The notes under the pieces are model-generated. The model ran no database searches. It was not told the DNA's origin and worked only from the letters and a program-made list of their open reading frames with translations. Source: a virus (lineage: Duplodnaviria > Caudoviricetes). Taken from it: a stretch of DNA of 64,000 nucleotides. The DNA is taken from IMG/VR virus record IMGVR_UViG_3300044614_001923. One strand, 5' to 3'. This document shows positions 17,813 to 27,900 of this stretch, piece by piece. The translations under genes and the position numbers were made by a program. The first letter of the stretch is position 1, and each line of letters opens with the position of its first letter.

Positions 17813-18522
17813 AATAGATCACTCCTTACATAAATTGTGTTACCTTCACAATCACTTCCATTGTATTCAAAGGAATCAGTAATTTCAACAAAACCTGCTT
17901 CTTTTCTTAGGAAATGATCAATATCAACTTTAAGTGCTTGACCTTCATAATAAGGCTTTAGTCCAACTTCAGTAAAAATGCACTTAACATCTTTAAGAGT
18001 TTCCTTTGCTCCCTCAAAAACATCAAGTTCAGCACCTTGAACATCAATCCAAATAATATCAACCTTGTCAATATTATTTTCAACGCGCCACAAATCTAGT
18101 GTGGTAGCATCTACTTTGATTTCTTTTTGTTTCCAAGATTTATCAAAATATTCTTCAGTAAGACCTTTCATGAATTTATACTTTGAAGAAGCACCAGGAT
18201 TTTCATCAATCACTGGATAAAAATTAATTTTTCCAGGTACATCATTTAGAGCAATATTGTATAGACTCAAATTCTTTTTAAAATATCCACTGAGTCTAGA
18301 ATAAACTTCTTCGCAGTTTTTATAATTTTCTGGATTTGGTTCAAAAGCATGAACCTTTGCATCTGGAAGCAGTTCCATAAATTCAATGCTTTGCCCCAAA
18401 TGCCAACTACCAATATCACAAATAGTTTCTATAGAGTCCCAGTCAATAATATCAACTACGTACTCCATTCTATTTGCAACAATAGTATGTGTGTTTAAAA
18501 TAAGTTCTTTAACTGAATTCAT
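17809..18522 (-). CDS. FkbM-family methyltransferase
   Basis: DIGS, HAFEPNP, IWIDVQGAELDV. Confidence 0.88.
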   Translation of the reverse strand: MNSVKELILNTHTIVANRMEYVVDIIDWDSIETICDIGSWHLGQSIEFMELLPDAKVHAFEPNPENYKNCEEVYSRLSGYFKKNLSLYNIALNDVPGKINFYPVIDENPGASSKYKFMKGLTEEYFDKSWKQKEIKVDATTLDLWRVENNIDKVDIIWIDVQGAELDVFEGAKETLKDVKCIFTEVGLKPYYEGQALKVDIDHFLRKEAGFVEITDSFEYNGSDCEGNTIYVRSDLL

Positions 18523-19109
18523 TTTTCTCCTCTAAAAACATCATTTCTAATACAAACTCTATCTCCTTCTCCGTGAATACATTGAGCAACAACATATTTT
18601 TGAGATCTAAGAAACTTTTGTAGAGATTTATTATCTAAAATATGGGGATATTCGTACCTAATAACTTTAGGTCGAATATTTGTATTATTAAAAAGTTGTG
18701 AAATTATTACATCTTCCACACCTTCAACATCTAAAAATAAAGCATCAATATTTTCTATCGAATTTTCATTTAAAAACGAATGAAATGTTTGCGTTTTAAC
18801 TTTTATAGATTGGCAATCTTCATGTCTAACAAAACTACTTTCTGTTCCATGCAAATAAAAATCACATTCTCCATCCTTATCATAAATTGCTAAGTTATAA
18901 AAATTAATGTCATTTATAGAAGACTTATAATTTTCTTTGAGTTTTTCAAAAACATCTGGCAATGGTTCTACCAAATGACATTCATGCTTAGCACTCATTA
19001 TGATTTCACGTAATCCATAATGTTCCTCACATTCAACTCCGTCATATGCACCAACTTGCACAATAACATCATTTTCACCAATATACTTATGATAATCTAA
19101 AATAATCAT
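18519..19109 (-). CDS. FkbM-family methyltransferase
   Basis: VQVGAYDG, LVEPLP, FLDVEGVE. Confidence 0.85.
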   Translation of the reverse strand: MIILDYHKYIGENDVIVQVGAYDGVECEEHYGLREIIMSAKHECHLVEPLPDVFEKLKENYKSSINDINFYNLAIYDKDGECDFYLHGTESSFVRHEDCQSIKVKTQTFHSFLNENSIENIDALFLDVEGVEDVIISQLFNNTNIRPKVIRYEYPHILDNKSLQKFLRSQKYVVAQCIHGEGDRVCIRNDVFRGEK

Positions 19110-19444
19110 TAGGATTTCTTTTTTTCTAAAACAATTTTATCATTAGTAATTCCAGGAAGTTTAACACAAACAATTTCACAATCTTCCAAAAAGTTTGGAT
19201 CGGCAATTTCAAAAGGATTCAATACAAAAATATCACCAGACACAAGTTTTTTTCCTTGGAGTATCATTTCTCCACGTACAAGAAGATTTACCTCTGTAAC
19301 ATGTTCATGATAATGAAGATCCCAAATTTCACCCTTTGGATGCTTTTTATAAGATACTTCTACATTTTCAGTTGTAAATGCTGTTGGGGAAAAATTACCA
19401 ACAAACCATCCACCAATCATTTCCTCCAGTCTATATAGGTTCAT
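19109..19444 (-). CDS. Cupin-domain protein
   Basis: HYH...EVNLLVRG cupin motif. Confidence 0.7.
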   Translation of the reverse strand: MNLYRLEEMIGGWFVGNFSPTAFTTENVEVSYKKHPKGEIWDLHYHEHVTEVNLLVRGEMILQGKKLVSGDIFVLNPFEIADPNFLEDCEIVCVKLPGITNDKIVLEKKKS

Positions 19445-20541
19445 AAATCATACTCCTCCCAATCAATACTATCAAATCCACTGTCAGTAATCAAGTTAAC
19501 ACAGATTGCACGATTTTTATCAGCATCTCTCAATTTATCATTGATTAAAACTCTCACACCACTACTAACTCCCATAATTAAATGATCCCAACAAATTCCT
19601 AAAGAATGAAGATGTGCTTCTGTCATTTCTCTTGCAGATTCTTTTCTAGCAGTTGTTAGAATAATCTTATATCCCTTAGAGTCCCATTCATTAAATTTAG
19701 CATTTACTCCAGGCAATAACTCTGGATCAATTTTATTAAGATCACTGAATTTATGACAATGCTTTAACACTGTACCATCTAAATCGCAAAAAATAGTTTT
19801 AGGTTTCTCAGTGTAAAACTCCTTCAACTTTCCCATATAAATGGAAACGTCTTCTGGAGTTCCTAGTGGAATATATGAGTTTTTGGGAATAAAGAAAGGA
19901 ATGATACTTTTACCTTTTTCAATAAGATAATTATAAGTTTCAGAAATATAACATTCTGGTAATCCAGTTACTCTAAAATGAGTCAGAAGATTTTCTGAAG
20001 ATTCTACAAAATCTTTTCCGCGTTTCCAATAATGAATTCCCACAAGAGCATTATCACTTATTGGTTTCTTTTCTACAATATTTGTTACTGCCCCATTCGT
20101 AATCTCAGCAAAACTATTTTTGGGATCTTTAGACTTAAACAAGACAATAGCACCATCAACTGCAAGCGGAGACACAGATTCTATAAAAGAATTTGCATCC
20201 CAATTCATTAATTGATCGCAGTTAGTGATAATTAATTCTTCATCATTATCAATATATTCTTTTGCATATAAACAAGTTTCACTACATCCACTTGTAACTT
20301 TATCAATTTGAATTTCAACAGATGAGGGATCCAGTTTCTTCAATATAGAACTTAATCTTGAATTATATTCAGGATCATCGTACTTTCTAGTAATAAAAAT
20401 ATATCTACCAGAAATTCCCAAAGACTCTACTGAGTGTTCAATAAGAGTCTTTCCATTTACTTCAATTAAAGGTTTAGGAGTCTTGATTCCATTCTTGGAA
20501 AATCTACTTCCAAGACCTGCCATAGGAATAATAATGTTCAT
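19441..20541 (-). CDS. Nucleotidyltransferase + C-terminal HAD domain
   Basis: MNIIIPMAGLGSRF...PKPLI; C-terminal FCDLDGT. Start set at MNIII. Confidence 0.85.
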   Translation of the reverse strand: MNIIIPMAGLGSRFSKNGIKTPKPLIEVNGKTLIEHSVESLGISGRYIFITRKYDDPEYNSRLSSILKKLDPSSVEIQIDKVTSGCSETCLYAKEYIDNDEELIITNCDQLMNWDANSFIESVSPLAVDGAIVLFKSKDPKNSFAEITNGAVTNIVEKKPISDNALVGIHYWKRGKDFVESSENLLTHFRVTGLPECYISETYNYLIEKGKSIIPFFIPKNSYIPLGTPEDVSIYMGKLKEFYTEKPKTIFCDLDGTVLKHCHKFSDLNKIDPELLPGVNAKFNEWDSKGYKIILTTARKESAREMTEAHLHSLGICWDHLIMGVSSGVRVLINDKLRDADKNRAICVNLITDSGFDSIDWEEYDL

Positions 20542-21920
20542 GGTTGATAGTGCTCCAAGAAATAATTCAAGTCTTCTGGGGTTCCAATACCCCACATTTT
20601 TTTAATATCTTTGATACGGATTTTCTTCCCATCTTGAATTGCTTCATTATAGACTGGGCAAACATAAAATTCATTATTAACACGAATATTTTTTTCAATC
20701 ATTTGCTCAGCATATTTTACATAATCAGATCCTTTTGTCCAGAAGTAGACACCAACAGTAGCATTGTCACTGATTGGTTTCTTCTCAGCAACTTCAGATA
20801 CAAACCCATCGTCCCCAATTTTAGCATATGACCACTTAGGGTGAGTAGATTTAAAAGTTAAAATTCCACCATCGACACCATCAGCATTAAATGCATAGAG
20901 ACACTCATTACTACTCCATTCTACAAATTGATCAGAGTTTGCCATCAACAGCGGATAATCATTATTGATATACTCTTTTGCAAGAAGTGTAGTACATGCC
21001 GCACCTTCCGTAAGACCATCAACTTGAACAATAGTACAATTTGGAGCAATTAGATTCAGAAGATATTGAAGACTGTATTTCTCATAATGATCTTTCTGAA
21101 CAATGAAAATATAATTTGCTTCAATGTTTAGATTCTCAACCACCACTTGAATCATAGGTTTTCCATCAACCTCAATAAGGGGTTTAGGAAATGTATATCC
21201 AGCATTTGCAAATCTACTACCTGCTCCAGCCATAGGAATCAGAACATTCATCTTATCAGATTTCCAAGGAACAACAGTTAATTTCTTGGAGGCAAATGTC
21301 TTGAAAACTATATTCATTTTATCTTGATTTAAGTCATCTCTATTTTCAATTGCAATAAGAGTTGCTCCACTATCCAGAGCACCTTGTCTTCCGATATGAC
21401 TATCTTCAAAAATTATAGTATCTTTAGGAAGTGCATTACATGCGGTCATGCATTTCCAATACATTTCGGGAAAAGGTTTATTTCTAGTTACATCTTCATT
21501 ACTGACATAGTAATCAATAAACTCAAGAATACCAAGTTTTAAAAGAACCAATTTTACAGTATTTCTAATACTATTAGATGCAACTGCAACTTGATAACCT
21601 CTCTGTTTAAGTTGCTGAAAATAATGCATTAACTCATAATCATGTTCCAATTCAGAAAAGATTTCAAGAGTTGCTTTTTGCTTATCTTCCCAAATTTGCT
21701 GATGTTTATCTACTGGAAGACCTTTTCTTTCAGTAAGCATTGCAAGTTTTCTGGACGTAGGAAGTCCATCATAAAGACTTAGATGTTCTTCTCTATTGAT
21801 AATATAATCCCAAGAAACTCTTTCTAAAGCACGGTTGAGTGCTTCATAGTGCATTTCTCTACTGTCAATCAAGACGCCATCAAGATCAAAAATTACTAGA
21901 TTATTCATATCAATCTCCAA
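20538..21920 (-). CDS. HAD phosphatase + C-terminal nucleotidyltransferase
   Basis: IFDLDGVL, NKPFPE, FEDS; then LIPMAGAGSRF...PKPLI. Confidence 0.88.
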   Translation of the reverse strand: MEIDMNNLVIFDLDGVLIDSREMHYEALNRALERVSWDYIINREEHLSLYDGLPTSRKLAMLTERKGLPVDKHQQIWEDKQKATLEIFSELEHDYELMHYFQQLKQRGYQVAVASNSIRNTVKLVLLKLGILEFIDYYVSNEDVTRNKPFPEMYWKCMTACNALPKDTIIFEDSHIGRQGALDSGATLIAIENRDDLNQDKMNIVFKTFASKKLTVVPWKSDKMNVLIPMAGAGSRFANAGYTFPKPLIEVDGKPMIQVVVENLNIEANYIFIVQKDHYEKYSLQYLLNLIAPNCTIVQVDGLTEGAACTTLLAKEYINNDYPLLMANSDQFVEWSSNECLYAFNADGVDGGILTFKSTHPKWSYAKIGDDGFVSEVAEKKPISDNATVGVYFWTKGSDYVKYAEQMIEKNIRVNNEFYVCPVYNEAIQDGKKIRIKDIKKMWGIGTPEDLNYFLEHYQP

Positions 21921-22581
21921 ACAACTGACTCATTTCTTCAAAAGTTTTAATATAATGATAAGAAATCATTTTTGAAATTTCTTCATCACTGTGACCATAA
22001 AACTCTGGATTTTGAGAATTAAAAAGATCACTGTTTACTTGCTCAACTTGATTAAAATAAAAATTTAACCCCGCAGATACATCGCCACAAACAGTATGAT
22101 AGTTACTAAAAGAACCAATACCTTTAATGATTTTAGTACTTACAAGAAATCCAGCGCCGCCAGATGGAAACTTTGCATCTAAAGGAATTACTTTATTAAC
22201 ATACATTGGATTTTCAGCATCTTTAGAAGAATCAAAGACAGATCCATATACATTATCTTCATCAAAAGAATCTATATGAGACTCAAGGTTTTCTACATTA
22301 ACGAAAGTATCATCATCAACAAAGAAAATCCAATCATAAAGATCTAACAAACTATTATCATTACCGTCAGTGAGTTCTGAAATTTTATTCAAAACATTAA
22401 TTTGCTTTTCTTCACCGCTTGCATAATCATCTCTATTAGAAACCTTAATTACATTATTCTCAGGATCATTGTGGTCAGAATAGAAAACTGTATCAATCTT
22501 TTCTGCCCAAGTCTTTGAGATGTTGTTAATTCTGTCAAGATGCTTTTTTGTTGTATTGACAAAACATATTACTTTTTTCAT
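21910..22581 (-). CDS. Fringe-like glycosyltransferase (GT31)
   Basis: WIFFVDDDTFV, SGGAGF. Confidence 0.7.
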   Translation of the reverse strand: MKKVICFVNTTKKHLDRINNISKTWAEKIDTVFYSDHNDPENNVIKVSNRDDYASGEEKQINVLNKISELTDGNDNSLLDLYDWIFFVDDDTFVNVENLESHIDSFDEDNVYGSVFDSSKDAENPMYVNKVIPLDAKFPSGGAGFLVSTKIIKGIGSFSNYHTVCGDVSAGLNFYFNQVEQVNSDLFNSQNPEFYGHSDEEISKMISYHYIKTFEEMSQLFGD

Positions 22582-23672
22582 GCAATGCTCCGAAACTTAT
22601 TAAACGCAGACTCAATTACTACGTGCATGTCCATATACTTATACTCAGAAAGTCTACCACCAAAAATAAAATTGGTCAATAATTTTGACTTCTCTTTATA
22701 TTTTGAATATTTTTCTTGGTTTAATTTATCATTGATTGGATAGTAAGGAATCATACCTTTTTTATATTCTTCAGGATATTCATATGTAACTACTGTCTTA
22801 TCAGAATCAACCTTTTCAAAATGCTTATGCTCTATTGTTCTTGTATATTTTGGATACTTCTGACAATAGTTGATTACCGCATTTCCTTGATAGTTATCAG
22901 TGTTTTTTACTTGCTCATCAAATCTCAAAGATCTATAATTTAACTCGCCAAATTCATAATCAAAAAACTCATCTATGCATCCAGTATAAACAACTTCTTT
23001 TGCAATACTATTAAAATATTCTCTATCAGAAAAATAATCAGTATCCAATTTAACTTCAATACCGTCAAGCATCTTATTAAACATTTCAGTGTATCCTCCA
23101 ATAGGAATACCCTGATACTTATCATTGAAATAATTATTGTCAAATGTAAATCTTAAGGGAAGACGTTTAATAATAAACTTTGGCAATTCAGATGGAGGTC
23201 TCCCCCACTGTTTTTCAGTATAATCTCTTATCAAAGTTTCATAGATATCAACCCCAACTAGAGATAAAGCTTGCTCTTCTAAGTTAGTTGGAATACCTAC
23301 AAACCTCTGAGATTCAATTATTTGTTTTGCATGATCTGGACTTCTTGTTTCCCAAAGTTCATAAAATGTATTCATATTGAAGGGCAATGAATACAACTTC
23401 CCATCATTAGATATTGCTTTTGGAGAATTGATATAGTTATTAAATTCTGCAAATCTATTTACAAAGTCCCATACAAACTTATTACTTGTGTGGAAAATAT
23501 GAGCGCCATACTTATGAACATTGATATTTTCAATTTTCTCAGTGTAACAATTTCCAGCGATATGTGAACGCTTATCAATAATCAAACAAGACCTACCAGC
23601 ATCTGTGGCAAGTCTTGCAAATGTTGTTCCGAATAATCCACACCCAACAATTAAATAATCGTACTTCATCAA
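22578..23672 (-). CDS. glf: UDP-galactopyranose mutase
   Basis: IVGCGLFG, HIAGNCY, HKYGAHIFHT, GRLSEYKYMDM. Confidence 0.95.
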   Translation of the reverse strand: MMKYDYLIVGCGLFGTTFARLATDAGRSCLIIDKRSHIAGNCYTEKIENINVHKYGAHIFHTSNKFVWDFVNRFAEFNNYINSPKAISNDGKLYSLPFNMNTFYELWETRSPDHAKQIIESQRFVGIPTNLEEQALSLVGVDIYETLIRDYTEKQWGRPPSELPKFIIKRLPLRFTFDNNYFNDKYQGIPIGGYTEMFNKMLDGIEVKLDTDYFSDREYFNSIAKEVVYTGCIDEFFDYEFGELNYRSLRFDEQVKNTDNYQGNAVINYCQKYPKYTRTIEHKHFEKVDSDKTVVTYEYPEEYKKGMIPYYPINDKLNQEKYSKYKEKSKLLTNFIFGGRLSEYKYMDMHVVIESAFNKFRSIA

Positions 23673-24028
23673 TCTCCTTTAATAACTCTATAACTATCTT
23701 CCTCAAAATGTTGAGTTGAGAATTCAAACAGTTCAGTATCCTCTAAAGCAATCATCTGATGACGAAGACCAGGATAAACGTGAAACTTATCACCTTTCTT
23801 TAAGAAGATTATATTGGCGAGTTCTATATTATCATCTTCAGAATATAGTAACTTTATACATCCAGATTGAATATAAAAAGTTTCATCTTTCAACTTGTGA
23901 TAATGCCAGGAGCATTTCCTTCCCTGTGCAAAGTACAGTAGTTTACCGCAGTATTGCTCATTATTTACAATCCATTTTTCAAATCCCCAACCCTTAGGGA
24001 CAAAATTAATTGAAGAAGTCATTTGCAT
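23669..24028 (-). CDS. Cupin sugar isomerase-like protein
   Basis: VPKGWG.E, CSWHYH..KDETFY. Confidence 0.75.
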   Translation of the reverse strand: MQMTSSINFVPKGWGFEKWIVNNEQYCGKLLYFAQGRKCSWHYHKLKDETFYIQSGCIKLLYSEDDNIELANIIFLKKGDKFHVYPGLRHQMIALEDTELFEFSTQHFEEDSYRVIKGD

Positions 24029-24338
24029 TAATTCCTTTATCGTCTATGTAGATATCACCAGATGGTTTTCCAAGTATGAGTTCATGGTATTTGCATCCCC
24101 ATAAATTTAATTGCATTTTTGTGAGAGCATAAAATTTTTCTTTTGCTTTATCTCCATTATCATTATACCTTCCCATACCGCGAGCAGTAAAGTATTTAAT
24201 GATATGCCCATCATCATATAATTGATTGATCTTATCAATCCTATCTAAGTGGGGAGAACTCCCTTCATATTTGCATGAACTACAATCCCCATTCTCACAG
24301 ATTGTGCCGTCAATATCAATTACATATTGCATGAACAT
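24006..24338 (-). CDS. HAD phosphatase (capsule-biosynthesis type)
   Basis: IDIDGTIC, FTARG, GKPSGDIYIDDK. Confidence 0.8.
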   Translation of the reverse strand: MFMQYVIDIDGTICENGDCSSCKYEGSSPHLDRIDKINQLYDDGHIIKYFTARGMGRYNDNGDKAKEKFYALTKMQLNLWGCKYHELILGKPSGDIYIDDKGINANDFFN

Positions 24339-25071
24339 CCTCCTGAGTTAAAACATAAGTTCCTTGATGTGCTACTGCTATAGCAGCTGCTTTATTTGCT
24401 AAAGGAATTGATTCTTGAATTTTTTTTGTTTTTAAAAATCCATAAACAAGTGCGGAAAGAAAAGTATCCCCCGCACCAACAACGTCATATACACTTACTT
24501 CTTGTCCTGGATATAAAATTCCATCATATTCAGCTCCCTTCCCACCCTTTGTGATAATTAAATTATCATAGTCATTTTTATCTTTTAACTTCGAATACTC
24601 TACATCGTTAATTTTAATGTAGCAATTGTACTTAGGAAGAAGTTGTTTTTTACTATCAATAAAAACTGGACACTTTGATTGATATGCAATATCAAATAAC
24701 ATTTGGGAAGTTATGAATCCTTTATCATAATCAGAAATTACAATAGCATCATAAGAATCTTCTGGAATTTCGTATTTCATTGGTTTTAAGTTGATCTCAT
24801 TATCAACTCTCAATATCTGTTGATTTGACTTTTCATCAATATAACGAGTCTTTATTATCTTCTCTTCATTTGTTAGCATATAGACCTCTATACCAAAAGA
24901 ACGAAGATTTTCTCTGACATTCCAAGCCATTCCTTGCTTAGTAACTGTCCTAGTATAGTTTAAGATTGGAACAGGTGCCTCTGGATTTAAACGATTGCAA
25001 TTTCCATAGATGTAAACATCTGTACAACTATCACCTATTAGCAATACTTTTAATGATGTTTGTTGTTGCAT
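24316..25071 (-). CDS. PfkB sugar kinase, HldA/RfaE-I heptose-kinase-like
   Basis: LNPEAPVP, ISDYDKG, DVVGAGDTF. Confidence 0.85.
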   Translation of the reverse strand: MQQQTSLKVLLIGDSCTDVYIYGNCNRLNPEAPVPILNYTRTVTKQGMAWNVRENLRSFGIEVYMLTNEEKIIKTRYIDEKSNQQILRVDNEINLKPMKYEIPEDSYDAIVISDYDKGFITSQMLFDIAYQSKCPVFIDSKKQLLPKYNCYIKINDVEYSKLKDKNDYDNLIITKGGKGAEYDGILYPGQEVSVYDVVGAGDTFLSALVYGFLKTKKIQESIPLANKAAAIAVAHQGTYVLTQEDVHAICN

Positions 25072-25438
25072 AACCTTGAACTCTATTAAAAAACTTTAGA
25101 TCTTTTGCATGTTGAGATCCAACAACTCTCTTATTTTCATAATCAGATCCAACTATCATTATATCAGGAGAAACATTTTCTACCAATCTTTCAAGTTCAT
25201 GCTCTGTATAAAATATTTTCACTTTGTCAACATATTTAATAGATGACAACATGTACATTCTGTCAGACTGATTATTAATTGGACGAGAGCATCCTTTTAG
25301 TTCTTTAACTCTACTGTCAGAATCAATAGCAACAATCAAATAATCTCCAAGTGATTTAGCATACTTAAACATTTCTATATGACCGCGATGAAGAATATCA
25401 AAGCACCCATTAATAAAAACTACTTTACAATTTTCCAT
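25031..25438 (-). CDS. Cytidylyltransferase-fold protein, HldC/RfaE-II-like
   Basis: NGCFDILHRGH, DSDSRVK.LKG..RPIN, GSDY. Confidence 0.85.
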   Translation of the reverse strand: MENCKVVFINGCFDILHRGHIEMFKYAKSLGDYLIVAIDSDSRVKELKGCSRPINNQSDRMYMLSSIKYVDKVKIFYTEHELERLVENVSPDIMIVGSDYENKRVVGSQHAKDLKFFNRVQGYATTNIIKSIANR

Positions 25439-26076
25439 TTATCAGAAATCCTAAAACTTGATCCATCATTTGGGCGTACATCATGATAATAAAGTTTATC
25501 AGTTATTCCCGTTAAACTATCAATGAGATGAAATACAGAACTATTAATACAATGAATTTCCTTCGCGCCCTTAATTACTTCAATAAAAGAAAATAGATTA
25601 TTAGAAATCCCACTTTCTATACGGACTATCTTTAAATCTGTTTCCAACTTTAAATCTAATTTTCCAATACTTGCTTGGTCATGAACAAGAATGTAGTCTT
25701 CATCTGGAGGTTCTACAACCATAGATGGAGGATTGCTTGGAAGATAAAAAGAATTATATCTTTCTGAAAAATCAATATTCAATTGAGAATAAAAAGACCT
25801 ATCCCAATCTTGGGGATTGTGATGAACAAATCCAACTAAGATTATTGGAAGATCTAATATAGATGCAAATGCATCAACTTCTCCAAATTCATTTGCATCA
25901 ACCTTGAATACATTGATGTTTGAATCCTCAGAATACAAATAATTTACAGTGTCGTAGTTATGAGTTTTGCACGGCAAGTACACAGTATCATATGATTTAG
26001 ATACTTTATGAACCAATCCATTACAAACAAAATGATCACCAAGACCAAGATGGTGATATACAATCACATTATTCAT
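25420..26076 (-). CDS. Glycan-island hypothetical protein
   Basis: HHLGLGDHFVCNG, GT-B-like. Confidence 0.6.
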   Translation of the reverse strand: MNNVIVYHHLGLGDHFVCNGLVHKVSKSYDTVYLPCKTHNYDTVNYLYSEDSNINVFKVDANEFGEVDAFASILDLPIILVGFVHHNPQDWDRSFYSQLNIDFSERYNSFYLPSNPPSMVVEPPDEDYILVHDQASIGKLDLKLETDLKIVRIESGISNNLFSFIEVIKGAKEIHCINSSVFHLIDSLTGITDKLYYHDVRPNDGSSFRISDKWKIVK

Positions 26077-26777
26077 TTAAAATACTTAGAAATCTTTTCT
26101 CTATCACCTTTAATATAAGAAACAATCTCTTTAATATCTTGATCTAAAGAGTTCCACAATTCAAGCATTTCTTGTCCTGCTTTTTCTGAATTATAGTTTG
26201 TTCCCATTGGATGATCAATAGTGTGATTGTAATCACGAATAACAGGTCTGCCATTGGCAAAACAAATTGCGGCAAGAACTAAATCCCATCCCCAACCCAT
26301 AGTATTATTTGAGAAATCAATCTTACGGTCTAACATCTCCTGAATGATCTCTTTGCGGATAAACCAAACAGTTTCATCTGTAGATGCAACCATTCTGATA
26401 TTTGGGTGATCGGATTCAAGACTACTAATGTCAGAGTTTTCTGCAGAGTACCAAGTATAGTCAATATTTGGCGCATAGATCCCTGCATCATAATATTCAA
26501 GATACTCTTTAGCATCTTCAATTAATTTTTCCCAATTATCATAAGAAACGTCTCCTTGAATATGAAAAAGAATGTCTCCATCAAACAGTTCTAATGCTTT
26601 TCTAAACTGATCACTAAAATAACATTCGTCTCCAATATCAACCCAACCGTCTCTAGTATTATTATCATCACTATTAATAACAGTGACTTTTCCAAAGATT
26701 GGAGTTAATGCATCTTCAATTGCACATGTTTTTTCAAACTGGCGGTTCCAGTTAAAAATGAAAGGTTGAATATTCAT
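26073..26777 (-). CDS. Putative glycosyltransferase (GT-A-like)
   Basis: IQGDV, GWGWD motifs; operon context. Confidence 0.55.
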   Translation of the reverse strand: MNIQPFIFNWNRQFEKTCAIEDALTPIFGKVTVINSDDNNTRDGWVDIGDECYFSDQFRKALELFDGDILFHIQGDVSYDNWEKLIEDAKEYLEYYDAGIYAPNIDYTWYSAENSDISSLESDHPNIRMVASTDETVWFIRKEIIQEMLDRKIDFSNNTMGWGWDLVLAAICFANGRPVIRDYNHTIDHPMGTNYNSEKAGQEMLELWNSLDQDIKEIVSYIKGDREKISKYFK

Positions 26778-27826
26778 GAATTTTTCTCAGCAATTTTTTC
26801 TTCAATCCATGCATAGGTTTTTGCAATACCTTCTTCTAGGGTCATTGCATAGTCCCATCCAAGTTTCTCACGAATAAGATCATTATTAGAATTACGTCCT
26901 CTAACACCTAAAGGTCCATCAATATGATTCTTTTTAACTTCCTTGTTAGCAACTTTAGCAGCAGTTTCCACAAGTTGATTGATAGTTACCATTTCTTCTG
27001 AACCAATATTTACTGGTCCAATGAAATCAGAATCCATCATTCTACGGGTCGCTTCGATGCATTCATCAATATACAGGAACGACCGAGTTTGTTTTCCATC
27101 ACCCCACACATCAATAACTCCTCCCTCCTTTGGGAGGTAGGCGACTTTGCGGCAGATTGCGGCAGGTGCTTTTTCTCTTCCACCTTCCCAAGTTCCCTCT
27201 GGTCCAAAGATATTATGATACCTAGCAACCCGAACAGGAATCCCATAATTACGATGATAAGCGAAAAACAACCGCTCTGAGAACAGTTTCTCCCAACCAT
27301 ATTCAGAATCTGGTGCTGCTGGGTATGCGGATTCTTCACGGCAATCTGGGTTATCGGGATCAAGTTGATTATGTTCTGGATACATGCAAGCAGACCCAGA
27401 ATAGAAGATCTTAGTCTTATTAACTTCCTTTAAGTCATTTAATATATGCTGTGCCTCAAGAACATTGAGATTGATTGTAGCAGAGTTATGCATAATATCA
27501 GCATCATTCTCTCCAGTAAAAACAAATCCAGCACCACCCATATCAGCAGCAAACTGATAGATTTCGTCAAATGTATCAGTATGCCTAAAAGGAACTGAAT
27601 TGTAAAAATTTCTATATGGACCTTTATATTGGATAACTTTTTGAACAAAAGAAAGGTCTCTTAAGTCTCCTACAATAAATTCGTCTGCTTCAGTTTCTGA
27701 AAACTCTGAATACTTTAAATCTACACCACGTACCCAATAACCTTCGGAGCGTAGTCTTTTAACCATGTGACTTCCAATAAATCCACCAGCACCAAGCACA
27801 AGTGCTGTCCTTTTATATTCAGACAT
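26774..27826 (-). CDS. NAD-dependent epimerase (WcaG family, GDP-mannose 3,5-epimerase-like)
   Basis: GAGGFIGSH, AADMGGAGF, YGWEK, REKAPAAICRK. Confidence 0.92.
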   Translation of the reverse strand: MSEYKRTALVLGAGGFIGSHMVKRLRSEGYWVRGVDLKYSEFSETEADEFIVGDLRDLSFVQKVIQYKGPYRNFYNSVPFRHTDTFDEIYQFAADMGGAGFVFTGENDADIMHNSATINLNVLEAQHILNDLKEVNKTKIFYSGSACMYPEHNQLDPDNPDCREESAYPAAPDSEYGWEKLFSERLFFAYHRNYGIPVRVARYHNIFGPEGTWEGGREKAPAAICRKVAYLPKEGGVIDVWGDGKQTRSFLYIDECIEATRRMMDSDFIGPVNIGSEEMVTINQLVETAAKVANKEVKKNHIDGPLGVRGRNSNNDLIREKLGWDYAMTLEEGIAKTYAWIEEKIAEKNS

Positions 27827-27859
27827 AAAAAATAATTATTGCATAGTATATATTATACA

Positions 27860-27890
27860 AAAAAAGGTGGGTTTATGCAACCCACCTTTT
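27860..27890 (-). terminator. Intrinsic terminator between the RNA modules and the epimerase
   Basis: AAAGGTGGG...CCCACCTTT plus T-run. Confidence 0.75.
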
Positions 27891-27900
27891 GCAATTATTT

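Noticed and set aside
20541-20595. N-terminal extension MGYWNPRR... of ORF 19441..20595
   Set aside because: It overlaps the upstream gene's C-terminus; the family motif starts at MNIIIPMAG with an ATGA-type overlap
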